A stretch of DNA of 64,000 bases from an uncultured Clostridia bacterium (GTDB taxonomy: Bacteria > Bacillota > Clostridia > TANB77 > CAG-508): contig CAPOZU010000007.1 in NCBI GenBank assembly GCA_948676835.1, positions 17,908 to 81,907 of the forward strand, given 5' to 3'. A program made the translations under genes and the position numbers. The notes under the pieces were generated by a model, which made no database searches, was not told where the DNA came from, and worked only from the letters and a program-made list of their open reading frames with translations. How positions within the stretch are numbered: the stretch's first letter is position 1; each line of letters opens with the position of its first letter. Positions 39,485 to 48,996 of the stretch are shown here, piece by piece.

Positions 39485-40150
39485 ATGAGAATTTTAATAA
39501 TAGAAGATGAAAAAGCATTATCAAATGCGATTAAAGATTCTTTAAAAACAGAATTTGAAATAGATCAAGCATTTGATGGAGAAGAAGGATTACTTTATAT
39601 AAAACAAGATATATATGATGCTATAATTTTAGATTTAATGCTTCCAATAAAACATGGATATGAAGTTCTTGAAGAAATGAGAAAAGAGAAAATATTAACA
39701 CCTGTTTTAATTTTAACAGCGAAAGATTCTTTAGAAGATAAGTTACAAGGATTTCAAAAAGGAGCAGATGATTATTTAACAAAACCATTTGCAAAAGAAG
39801 AATTGAAAGCAAGAATTCAAGTAATGATAAGAAGAAACAATCCAAGTTTTTATAAAAATGAAATTACTTTTAAAGATTTAAGAATTGATATAAATAATAG
39901 ACAAGCATATGTTAGGAATGAAGAATTAAAACTTCAGGGAAAACAATTTGATATGCTAGAATATTTAATGAATTATCAAAACAGAATAATTACTAAAGAG
40001 CAAATTTTTGACAAAATATGGGGATTTAATAGTGAAACAACTACAAATGTTGTAGAAGTATATGCAAGTGGAATTAGAAAAGAATTAAAAAAATATGATT
40101 ATGATAAATACTTTAAAACAATAAGAGGTGTAGGTTATATGATTTCATAA
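39485..40150 (+). CDS. OmpR-family response regulator
   Basis: MRILIIEDE, ILDLMLP, LTAKD, GADDYLTKPF and a winged-helix C-terminus (IRGVGYMI). Confidence 0.9.
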   Translation: MRILIIEDEKALSNAIKDSLKTEFEIDQAFDGEEGLLYIKQDIYDAIILDLMLPIKHGYEVLEEMRKEKILTPVLILTAKDSLEDKLQGFQKGADDYLTKPFAKEELKARIQVMIRRNNPSFYKNEITFKDLRIDINNRQAYVRNEELKLQGKQFDMLEYLMNYQNRIITKEQIFDKIWGFNSETTTNVVEVYASGIRKELKKYDYDKYFKTIRGVGYMIS

Positions 40151-40169
40151 GAAATTATTGGAGGAAATA

Positions 40170-41417
40170 ATGAGTGAAGAAGAAAAAGTAAAAAAACAGA
40201 TAATAAAAAATGTTATTTTAAATCTAATAACTTTTTCGGTTGTATTTTATATTCTATGTATATTTATATATGCTCAATTTAATAGCTCTTTATATCTTTC
40301 TGCAGATACAGCTTTAGAAAAATTTATAGTACATGAAAGCGAAGAAGTTGGTAGAAGATTACCTAATGGAGTAACAGAAATTAGAGTATCAGTTGAGGAT
40401 CAAAACCCGAGATTAATTTTTATAAGAAGAAATGAAAACGGTAGAATATTAGATGATAATAATAATTTGAATACTATTTTTGAAAATACAGGATTTAATT
40501 CTAATAATTTAAATACAATATATGAAATAAATATAGGAGGATATTATTTTAGAGGAGTTAATTATAGGTTAGATAATGGTTACTATAATCAAGTTTTAAT
40601 AAATGTAGATTCAGAGAAAATGATAGAGCAAAAATTTATAAAGAATTTATTAATATCTACAGTACTTAGTTTAGTATCAGTTTATATTGCGAGTCATTTT
40701 TTAGCAAGAAAAACTTTAAAGCCAATTATAGATTCATGGAAAAAACAAGCTCAATTTGTACAAGATGCATCACATGAATTAAGGACACCGCTTGCTATTA
40801 TAAAAGCAAAGCAAGAAAATTTATTAGAAAAGCCAGATGATAAAATTATAGATAATATAGAAGATATAGGATGTACTTTGCAAGAGGTTGATAGGTTAAC
40901 AAAACTAATAAAAGAATTAATGGAACTTGCAAGAAATGATTCTAATAAGCAAAAACTAAATAAAGAATGTTTTATGTTAGATACAGAAATTAAATCTATT
41001 GTTGAATTATACAAGGAAGTTGCTGTAACAGAAGAAAAAGAATTTTTACTTGATTTAGAATATAATGAAGAAATTAGTGCAGATTTAAATAAAATAAAAG
41101 AATTACTTATTATTCTTTTGGATAATAGTTTAAAATATACAGAAGAACATGATTCTATAGAAGTTAAAACTTATAAAAAGGATAATAGATGTGTAATAGA
41201 AGTTATAGATACAGGAATAGGAATTAGCAAAGATGCTATAGATCATGTTTTTGAAAGATTTTATAGAGAGGAAAAATCAAGAACAAGAAGCAAAGGTGGT
41301 ATGGGGCTTGGACTTTCAATTGCATATAATATAGTAGAACTTCATAAAGGAACAATTAAATTTGATAAAGCAAGAGAAAAAGGTACAAGAGTAATTGTTA
41401 GGTTACCAATAAAATAG
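40170..41417 (+). CDS. Sensor histidine kinase
   Basis: H-box FVQDASHELRTPLAIIKA, G-box GGMGLGLSIAYNIV, two TM segments. ATG 40170 follows RBS ggagg. Confidence 0.9.
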   Translation: MSEEEKVKKQIIKNVILNLITFSVVFYILCIFIYAQFNSSLYLSADTALEKFIVHESEEVGRRLPNGVTEIRVSVEDQNPRLIFIRRNENGRILDDNNNLNTIFENTGFNSNNLNTIYEINIGGYYFRGVNYRLDNGYYNQVLINVDSEKMIEQKFIKNLLISTVLSLVSVYIASHFLARKTLKPIIDSWKKQAQFVQDASHELRTPLAIIKAKQENLLEKPDDKIIDNIEDIGCTLQEVDRLTKLIKELMELARNDSNKQKLNKECFMLDTEIKSIVELYKEVAVTEEKEFLLDLEYNEEISADLNKIKELLIILLDNSLKYTEEHDSIEVKTYKKDNRCVIEVIDTGIGISKDAIDHVFERFYREEKSRTRSKGGMGLGLSIAYNIVELHKGTIKFDKAREKGTRVIVRLPIK

Positions 41418-41525
41418 CAAAAAAGACTACACAAAATAATTATAATATGCTATAATTAAAAATGTTCAAAATAATTGAAGGTATAAAACCTTTAAAATAA
41501 ATAAGAATTAAAGGAGGAATTTATC

Positions 41526-42251
41526 ATGTCAGGACATTCAAAATGGCATAATATTCAAGCAAAAAAAGGAAAAGCTGATGCAGCAAGAGGAAAAATATTT
41601 ACAAAATTAGGAAGAGAATTATTAATAGCTGTAAAACAAGGTGGACCTGATCCTGCTGGTAATTCTAAATTAAAAGATGTTATTGCTAAATGTAAAGCAA
41701 ATAATATGCCTAATGATACAATAAACAATGCTATAAAAAAAGCTTCTGGTGCAGGAAGCAATGAATCTTATGAAGAAATTACATATGAAGGTTATGGAAC
41801 AAATGGAGTTGCAGTTATAGTTAATGCTTCAACTGATAATAAAAACAGAACTGCTGCTGATGTAAGACATGTTTTCAGTAAAGCTGGTGGAAGCTTAGGT
41901 ACAAATGGTTGTGTATCTTATATGTTTGAGAAAAAAGGTGTAATTGTTATAGAAAAAGAAGGATGCCCAATATCTGAAGATGATTTAATGATGCTTGCTG
42001 TTGAAGCAGGAGCAGAAGATTTTTCAAGTGAGGAAGAAGTTTATGAAATTACAACAGCTCCTTCAGATTTTACACAAGTAACAGAAGAATTATCAAAAAA
42101 TAATCTTACATTTTTAGAAGCAGGAGTTCAAATGGTTCCAAATAATTATGTTGCATTAGATGAAGCAGGAGCAGAAAAAATGCAAAGATTAATAGATAAT
42201 CTTGAAGATTTAGACGATGTTTTAGAAGTATTCCATAACTGGGAAGAATAA
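41526..42251 (+). CDS. yebC: YebC/PmpR family DNA-binding transcriptional regulator
   Basis: [31 protein letters not shown] is the invariant family N-terminus. Confidence 0.92.
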   Translation: MSGHSKWHNIQAKKGKADAARGKIFTKLGRELLIAVKQGGPDPAGNSKLKDVIAKCKANNMPNDTINNAIKKASGAGSNESYEEITYEGYGTNGVAVIVNASTDNKNRTAADVRHVFSKAGGSLGTNGCVSYMFEKKGVIVIEKEGCPISEDDLMMLAVEAGAEDFSSEEEVYEITTAPSDFTQVTEELSKNNLTFLEAGVQMVPNNYVALDEAGAEKMQRLIDNLEDLDDVLEVFHNWEE

Positions 42252-42268
42252 AATAATAAAAATATAAG

Positions 42269-42305
42269 AGTGAAATTTAGGAGCTTTCTTAGATTTCACT
42301 TTTTT
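42269..42305 (+). terminator. Rho-independent terminator (GTGAAATTTAGG palindrome family)
   Basis: agtgaaatttaggagctttcttagatttcact followed by ttttt. Confidence 0.75.
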
Positions 42306-42403
42306 ATTATATAATATAATAAATTTAAGGAACCCCTATATTTTAGTGAATAATTTTCATAAATTTGGAAAAAATATTTGAAAGTTTATAGGAGGTACGT
42401 GAT

Positions 42404-43282
42404 ATGTTTTTTAGAACAGATATGGCAGTAGAAAGAAGAGACTTATATAAGAATGCGAATAAATTGGAAGATGAAATAAGAGGAGTCGAGTGCGAAGAAG
42501 AAAAAATTGATGATATAAATATAACTAGAGTAAAGATTACCAATAGTGAAGGAGAACAAGCACTTCAAAGAAGAATTGGAAATTATATAACTATAGATAT
42601 AAAGAAAATTCATAATATAACTGAAGCTAAAGAAAATCAAATTATTGAAACCTTTTCAAAAGAACTTAAAGCAATTATAGATAAACATATAAAACCAAAT
42701 GAAGAAATTTTAATAGTTGGACTTGGAAATTCGTTTTCTACACCAGATTCATTGGGGGCAAAGGTTGTTCAAAATATTGAAATTACAAGACATATAAAAA
42801 TTTATTTACCAAATGCTATTGATAGAAATACAAGATCAGTAAGTGCTATTACACCTGGAGTACTTGGAACAACTGGAATTGAAACAGTTGAAATTGTAAA
42901 AGGAATAGTTGACAATATAAAACCAAAATTGGTTATTGCTATAGATAGTTTGTGTTCAAAGAATATTGATAGAATTAATAAATCAATTCAAATATCAGAT
43001 ACAGGAATTGTACCAGGTGGTGGAGTAGGAAATAGACAAGCAGAGCTTTCGAAAGAAACTTTATCAGTTCCTGTTATTGGAGTAGGAATTCCTACAGTAT
43101 TAGATGCTGCTACAATAGTAATAGATACTTTAAATGCATGTGATGTAAATATTTCAGAAAATGAAATTGTGGATAAGATGAAATTAAATAATTTTAATTT
43201 TATAGTTACACCAAAAGAAATAGATGAATTAATTGAAAATATGACAGCAATAGTTTCAGAAGGAATAAATATGAGCTTTTAG
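42404..43282 (+). CDS. gpr: Germination protease (GPR endopeptidase)
   Basis: RTDMAVE N-terminus, VGLGNSFSTPDSLG, ITPGVLGTTGIET, IAIDSL and SDTGIVPGGGVGN motifs. Confidence 0.88.
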   Translation: MFFRTDMAVERRDLYKNANKLEDEIRGVECEEEKIDDINITRVKITNSEGEQALQRRIGNYITIDIKKIHNITEAKENQIIETFSKELKAIIDKHIKPNEEILIVGLGNSFSTPDSLGAKVVQNIEITRHIKIYLPNAIDRNTRSVSAITPGVLGTTGIETVEIVKGIVDNIKPKLVIAIDSLCSKNIDRINKSIQISDTGIVPGGGVGNRQAELSKETLSVPVIGVGIPTVLDAATIVIDTLNACDVNISENEIVDKMKLNNFNFIVTPKEIDELIENMTAIVSEGINMSF

Positions 43283-43381
43283 TTCTAAGAAATTATCAAA
43301 TTTTACTTTTTTCTATTGTTTTTTTTATTATTTTAGGTTAATATTTTTATATAATAATTAATATAAAAATAGGAGCAAAAT

Positions 43382-43894
43382 ATGGAAGATAAAAAAGGAT
43401 TAAGCGCAGAAGTTATAATAATAGCTATAGTTGCAGTAATAATAATAGGAGTTGTTATATCTATGGCAATAAAATCAGCCAATAAAGAGGAAATTATATA
43501 TGGTACTACTGAAGCAACATCAGGACCACAAGAAAATCTTATACAAGATTACAAAACTTATAAGAAATATATAAGTAAATGTGGGGTTAATGATAATATA
43601 ACAATAAACTACAAAAAAAATTCAATGAAGGAAAGATATACAGAGGAATTTTTTGAAACTAAAAAATTAGCTGTTATAGCAGTTAGCGAAGATACATCAA
43701 AAGATTATTTTCATGATATAACAAGTGTTAGCTATAATGATGACAAAACACAAGCAACAATAAAATATGTATATAAAGCTGGTGGATATGCAGGAACACT
43801 TTCAAGAAGTTGGTATGAATGGATGATAGTAGAACTTGATAATACAGTTACAAGTGTTAATTTTGTATTAGATAATGAGAGTTTAGATAAATAA
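43382..43894 (+). CDS. Membrane-anchored hypothetical protein
   Basis: 170-codon ORF with an N-terminal TM helix, RBS aggag and a terminator at 43904-43936. Confidence 0.55.
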   Translation: MEDKKGLSAEVIIIAIVAVIIIGVVISMAIKSANKEEIIYGTTEATSGPQENLIQDYKTYKKYISKCGVNDNITINYKKNSMKERYTEEFFETKKLAVIAVSEDTSKDYFHDITSVSYNDDKTQATIKYVYKAGGYAGTLSRSWYEWMIVELDNTVTSVNFVLDNESLDK

Positions 43895-44018
43895 AATAGG
43901 TAAAAGAAGTTAGTTATAAACTAACTTCTTTTTTTGAATAATATAAACACAAAATGGAAAAATATGAATAATATATTTTAGTAAATTTAGGAATTAACTT
44001 GAAAGGGCTTAAGAGGTA

Positions 44019-44519
44019 TTGGGATTGAAAAGTGTTTGTATAAAAACTATTAGTGAAGAAAAAATTGAATATTTAATAGAACAATTTGAAAAAATTCCAA
44101 TGAATATTTATATTTCAAATTATAGGTTTAAAACTTTTGATAATTTAATAATACATTATACGGAAAAGGAATATATTGATGAGTTCTATGAAATTGTTAG
44201 TTTGATTATAAAGAAAACGATAGAGAAATTTTTTGAAGATGATTTTATAAAAAAGACAGTTGAAAAAAATTATTTTTATTTAAGTAGTATTGAAAGATGT
44301 TATATATATGAAATTACCAAAAAAGTACTAGAACTGCCAGATGAAAAAATAGGACATAAAAGTAATATGCTAAAAAACTTAATAAAAGATTACTTATTAG
44401 AAAATAAGAAAATTGTTCTAGAAGGATTTATTAATTTTAGGATTTCTGAGTATAAAGAATTATTAGAAAAGATTGTTGAAGTTTCAGTTTTTAGTTATCT
44501 TGATTTAATAACATTTTAA
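44019..44519 (+). CDS. Hypothetical protein (weak resemblance to the N-terminal half of sporulation protein YtxC)
   Basis: LEGFINFRISEYKELLEKIV resembles the YtxC GFxxFRxxxY motif, but the ORF is only 166 codons. TTG start. Confidence 0.35.
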   Translation: MGLKSVCIKTISEEKIEYLIEQFEKIPMNIYISNYRFKTFDNLIIHYTEKEYIDEFYEIVSLIIKKTIEKFFEDDFIKKTVEKNYFYLSSIERCYIYEITKKVLELPDEKIGHKSNMLKNLIKDYLLENKKIVLEGFINFRISEYKELLEKIVEVSVFSYLDLITF

Positions 44520-44585
44520 TGAAATTTTACTATTGATAAATGAATTGTTTTGTAGTAAAGTAATAGCAGAAAGAGGGGGATAAAT

Positions 44586-45026
44586 ATGTTAAAAGAAAAA
44601 TTAATGAATGATTTAAAAAATGCAATGAGAGAAAAGGATGAGATTAAGAAAAATACAGTACAGATGGTAAGAGCTGCAATTTTACAAATTGAAAAAGATA
44701 AAGGAATTACTGTTGAAGACGAGAAAATTATAGAAATAATTGCTAAGGAAGTAAAAGGTAAAAAAGATGCTATACAAGATTTCGAAAAAGGCGGAAGACA
44801 AGATTTAATAGATCAAACAAATAAAGAAATTGAGATTTTACAAGAATATTTACCAAAGCAATTAACTAAAGAGGAACTAAAAATTGAAATTGAGAAAGTT
44901 ATAAATGATTTAGGTGCTACTTCTATGAAAGAAATGGGAATTGTTATGAAAGAAGCAAAAGCAAGAATTGGAGCAGCTGCAGATGGAAGAACAATAAATG
45001 AAGTTGTTAAAGAATTATTAAATTAA
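44586..45026 (+). CDS. yqeY: GatB/YqeY domain protein
   Basis: LKEKLMNDLKNAMREKDEIKKNTVQMVRAAILQIEKD is typical of the YqeY family. Confidence 0.85.
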   Translation: MLKEKLMNDLKNAMREKDEIKKNTVQMVRAAILQIEKDKGITVEDEKIIEIIAKEVKGKKDAIQDFEKGGRQDLIDQTNKEIEILQEYLPKQLTKEELKIEIEKVINDLGATSMKEMGIVMKEAKARIGAAADGRTINEVVKELLN

Positions 45027-45040
45027 AATAGGAGAGTATT

Positions 45041-45721
45041 TTGACTAGTTTTATAATAAAAATAATTGCATGTATTACTATGGTATTAGATCACATAAAG
45101 TATGCAATACCACAAACAGATTGTTTTATAACAGAATATTTAGGAAGATTATCGTATCCATTATTTGCTTTTTTAGTTGTAGAAGGATATGTACATACAA
45201 GTGACTTAAAAAAATATTATAAAAGATTATTAATTTTTGCTATTATTTCTCAAATACCATTTATGTTATTTAGAACATTAGTTGGGCAGTGGAAGATGCT
45301 TAATATAATGTTTACATTATTGTTAGGATTACTATGTATTACAGTATATGATAAAATAAAAAAAGAATATATATCATTTCCAATTTGTATAGTCTTAATT
45401 TTATTAGGAGAATTTTTAAATGTAGATTATGGTTGGTTTGGTGTGGCAATAATTTTTATATTATATGTTTTTAAAGAAAAAAATATTTTAAAATTAATAG
45501 CATATACAATTCTGATTATTATATATTTTTATTTTATAGGAATAAAAGTAATAAATAATACAGTTGTAATGTTGTTTATTTCAATGCTATTACCAATAAT
45601 TATAATACTTGCATATAATGGAAAACAAGGAAAGAAAATGAAGTATTTCTTTTATTGGTTTTATCCAATACATATGATAATTTTATATGCTTTAAGTTTT
45701 ATGCAAAACGGCACTTTTTAA
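45041..45721 (+). CDS. TraX family membrane protein
   Basis: IKIIACITMVLDHIKYAI N-terminus, multi-pass hydrophobic. TTG start. Confidence 0.7.
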   Translation: MTSFIIKIIACITMVLDHIKYAIPQTDCFITEYLGRLSYPLFAFLVVEGYVHTSDLKKYYKRLLIFAIISQIPFMLFRTLVGQWKMLNIMFTLLLGLLCITVYDKIKKEYISFPICIVLILLGEFLNVDYGWFGVAIIFILYVFKEKNILKLIAYTILIIIYFYFIGIKVINNTVVMLFISMLLPIIIILAYNGKQGKKMKYFFYWFYPIHMIILYALSFMQNGTF

Positions 45722-45750
45722 GTGTCGTTTTTTGTAGCATAAATAATTTC

Positions 45751-45779
45751 TTGAAAAAAGACAAGAGCTATGCTATAAT
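45751..45779 (+). promoter_or_regulatory. Sigma-A type promoter of a single-gene GC-richer insert
   Basis: TTGAAA, 17-nt spacer ending in TGC, TATAAT (45774-45779). Confidence 0.55.
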
Positions 45780-45813
45780 TTTTGTGACTTAAAAAATTAT
45801 GGAGGTAAGGAGC

Positions 45814-46173
45814 ATGATAGAGATTATGACAGCAGAATCAGTAGCACGGGAAACAATAAAAAATGTTTTAGAAACCGAAATTCCTAAAGTAAATGATGCA
45901 ATTGCTTCAGCAAGAAAAAAATGCATGAGATTTTGTTTTCTTAAAATGGGGATTTCTGAAGGAACAGCAAAGCTTTTGCGAAAAGCAGGATATGCTGTTG
46001 AAACTGATGGGGATAGCACAGAAATTTCTTGGGAGGGAGTGTTTCGTCGAATGATGGAAGATGAGGCGCTTATGGAAGAAATTTCAAGGGAGTTAAATGT
46101 CAAAATCGTTGAAGCCGATAATGGAGGAAATACCATTGATCCAAAGTGGAGACCTTCGAGAGATGAAGATTAA
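45814..46173 (+). CDS. Hypothetical protein (GC-richer orphan gene)
   Basis: RBS ggaggtaaggag before ATG 45814. No recognisable family. Flanked by its own promoter and terminator. Confidence 0.55.
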   Translation: MIEIMTAESVARETIKNVLETEIPKVNDAIASARKKCMRFCFLKMGISEGTAKLLRKAGYAVETDGDSTEISWEGVFRRMMEDEALMEEISRELNVKIVEADNGGNTIDPKWRPSRDED

Positions 46174-46186
46174 TATCTGAATACAA

Positions 46187-46216
46187 AAAAGCGTCACACA
46201 TATGTGTGACGCTTTT
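46187..46216. terminator. Bidirectional terminator
   Basis: aaaagcgtcacaca/tatgtgtgacgctttt, a perfect palindrome flanked by A and T tracts. Confidence 0.8.
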
Positions 46217-46282
46217 GGTTATTTATTTATATGAAATTCGATTTTCAAAGAGCTTAAACTGTAATATCTAAAACTTAACAGA

Positions 46283-47569
46283 TTAAGCAAAAGCTTGACG
46301 GCTTTTTTTGAATGAAAGTAGATTTGTAATTTCATTTGATTTTTTAATTTCTTTTTGAGCTTCTTCTTGAGATATTTGTTTTGCTTGTCTGTTGGCAACT
46401 GTTTCTGCAATTGCTTTTTCATAAGCAAAGTGAGTATCATTAGTAATTTTTGTCCAGTTATATTCACTTTTTACTTTTGATATAGCATTTTTTGTAACTG
46501 TATCACAAAGTTTTTGATCAAACAACAATGTAAGGATTGAATCTGCAAAAGAATTTGCATTTCCAGCATAACTTTTCATTCCATTAATACCATGATCGAT
46601 TATTTCATTTAAACCACCAACATCAGATACAACAACTGGTGTTCCAGAAAGCATTGCTTCAAGAGCAACAATTCCAAAAGGTTCATATGTGCTAGGAAAT
46701 ACAGAAACATCTGCACATTTATACATTTTTTGAACATCTTTAGAACCAAGATATCCAGTAAAGTAAACTTTATTTCCAAGTCCCAAGTAATTTACTTGAT
46801 TTCTTAATTCATCAATCATTCCACCTTTACCAGCAATAAGAAGCTTAGCATCATGATAATGATTTAAAATTTTTGGCATAGCAGAAATTAATGTTTGAAT
46901 TCCTTTTTCATATACTAGACGTCCCATGAATAGAATAATTTTTTCATTATCCATTGCGTATTTTCTTCTAAAATCATAATCTTTTTTAATTCCATCATAC
47001 ATATTTAAATTAACACCGTTTGGTATAACATTAATTTTTTCATAAGGAAGACCAAATAATCTTTGTAACTCACTTCTCATATAATTACTATTTACAATTA
47101 CTTCAGAAGATTCATAAGTAAGCATCCATTCTGTATCATTTATATATCTTTGTTGCTCATCACGAATACCACTATTTCTACCAGCTTCTGTAGCATGAAT
47201 AGTAGAAACCAAAGGAATGTTATAAGCAGTTTTTAATGTTTTTGCAGCATAGGCAACTAACCAATCATGAGCATGTATAACATCAAAACTTCCTTTTTCA
47301 GCAATTATTTCACCAGTTTTTGCTATCATATTAAAATTAAGTTGCATAGTCCAATCAATAAGATTGTTTGAAGAAATCATAAAATTATCAACTCTATAAA
47401 CCATTACACCATTATCATCTTCAATATAAGGTACATTTCCATCTTTATATGTTACAACAGTAACTTCATGACCTTCATTAACAAGCTTGTGTGATAAGTC
47501 GTGAACAACTCTTGATATTCCTCCTACAACTCTTGGTGGGTATTCCCATGACAGCATTAAAATTTTCAT
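46283..47569 (-). CDS. Glycosyltransferase family 4 (glycogen-synthase-like)
   Basis: MKILMLSWEYPPRVVGGISRVVHDL N-terminus and EPFGIVALEAMLSGTPVV GT-B C-terminal motif. Confidence 0.85.
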   Translation of the reverse strand: MKILMLSWEYPPRVVGGISRVVHDLSHKLVNEGHEVTVVTYKDGNVPYIEDDNGVMVYRVDNFMISSNNLIDWTMQLNFNMIAKTGEIIAEKGSFDVIHAHDWLVAYAAKTLKTAYNIPLVSTIHATEAGRNSGIRDEQQRYINDTEWMLTYESSEVIVNSNYMRSELQRLFGLPYEKINVIPNGVNLNMYDGIKKDYDFRRKYAMDNEKIILFMGRLVYEKGIQTLISAMPKILNHYHDAKLLIAGKGGMIDELRNQVNYLGLGNKVYFTGYLGSKDVQKMYKCADVSVFPSTYEPFGIVALEAMLSGTPVVVSDVGGLNEIIDHGINGMKSYAGNANSFADSILTLLFDQKLCDTVTKNAISKVKSEYNWTKITNDTHFAYEKAIAETVANRQAKQISQEEAQKEIKKSNEITNLLSFKKSRQAFA

Positions 47570-47957
47570 TTAATCTATGTACTCCTTTCAAAAATATCTT
47601 TTGTTATACGAAATTTAATTAAGAATAAAAAAGCATTTTGTCAAGTCTTAAAAAAAATAAGAAAATTTTTGAAAACCTTGAAACAAAATAACTATAAAGT
47701 TATGACTTTATTTTACATTTTTATAAATTCTTAGTATATTGTATATAAAATGTTTGCAAAAGTAAACAGGTTTTGACAAAAAAATAGTTTAAATGTATTA
47801 CATTTTTGTTACAAAATGTAATGCTTAGGAAATGTTTGCTAAAGAATAAAAAAAACTTTAAAATACTATTGAAGTTTGAAAGTATTATATATATAATACA
47901 TATATTATTGAGATGCAATTTATATACTAATTAATACTAAGGAGGAGTAAAAGTAGA

Positions 47958-48935
47958 ATGCCAAAGAATGAAGAGTTCCCAAAAGAGCAAAAAGAAAAAG
48001 ATTTAAAGGTAAAAAATAAGACAAAAAAAGTATCTACTAATACAAAAAAAGTGGAAAAAAGTCAGAAATCTCCAAAAGTATCAAAAACTAATAAGAATGT
48101 GGCTGTAAAAAAAGATACTGTAAGTAAAGCTTCTGAGAAAAAAACACTAGCAGAAAAAAAAGTAGATGAAGAAACTGTAATAGATAAAATAAAAAACTTT
48201 TTAGCAAAAATTGCTTTAATGCAAGAAGAAGCTCAAAAAGAGAATGATGATAAAAAAGTTAAAAAAAGTGTTGGGGAAAAGAAATTAAATATTGAAAAAA
48301 TAGAGAAACCTAAGTATATGCTTGAATATTATGATTTACCTTATAGATATAACGAAACTGTGGTAAAAGTACTTGCTCAAACTCCAAAAAAACTATTTGT
48401 ATATTGGGACGTTTCAGATAGTGATAGAGAAAAATATTTAAAGGCTTTTGGCAATGATTTTTTTAATAAAACTTATCCAGTATTATTATTGTATAATGAA
48501 GATAAAAAATATGTAAGAGAAATAACAGTAAATGATTTTGCAAATAGTTGGTATATTGATATACAAGATCCAAAAACAAAATATACAATACAATTAGGAA
48601 GAAAATTCAAGAATAAACCAGAAATAATAAATTTAGTAGAATTTGAACAAAATAATATTGTTCTTCAAACTGATTATTTACCATTTGCTAATTCTAATGA
48701 AATGGAAGCACCAAATGATCATGTATTGTTTGAGTCTTTACCAAGGTATTTTGTTTTTAGAAATGTAAAAACAAATCAAGAAATAACAAAAGACTTAAGA
48801 AGCTTTAAAGATACATTTGGAAATAATTATAATGTAGAAGAATTTTATCAGGAACAATATAATGAAGAGCTTTCAGAAGGAAGGTTTGATATGTCAAATC
48901 CATCTTCAGGATTTAGTAGTTCGAGTTTTAAATAA
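47958..48935 (+). CDS. DUF4912 domain protein with lysine-rich N-terminus
   Basis: The C-terminal half (YDLPYRYNETVVKVLAQTPKKLFVYWDVSD) matches DUF4912, which is commonly next to GH57 genes. Confidence 0.65.
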   Translation: MPKNEEFPKEQKEKDLKVKNKTKKVSTNTKKVEKSQKSPKVSKTNKNVAVKKDTVSKASEKKTLAEKKVDEETVIDKIKNFLAKIALMQEEAQKENDDKKVKKSVGEKKLNIEKIEKPKYMLEYYDLPYRYNETVVKVLAQTPKKLFVYWDVSDSDREKYLKAFGNDFFNKTYPVLLLYNEDKKYVREITVNDFANSWYIDIQDPKTKYTIQLGRKFKNKPEIINLVEFEQNNIVLQTDYLPFANSNEMEAPNDHVLFESLPRYFVFRNVKTNQEITKDLRSFKDTFGNNYNVEEFYQEQYNEELSEGRFDMSNPSSGFSSSSFK

Positions 48936-48941
48936 AAGTTA

Positions 48942-48976
48942 AATAGCGTGTATTAACTTTTAATACACGCTATTTA
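48942..48976 (+). terminator. Hairpin between the DUF4912 and GH57 genes
   Basis: aatagcgtgtatta / taatacacgctatt stem. The T-tract is weak. Confidence 0.5.
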
Positions 48977-48996
48977 TATAATAGGAGAAAATGTAA

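Noticed and set aside
47958-48300. Lysine-rich low-complexity stretch as a separate gene or histone-like protein
   Set aside because: It is continuous in frame with the DUF4912 domain and has a single RBS and start, so it is treated as an N-terminal extension.
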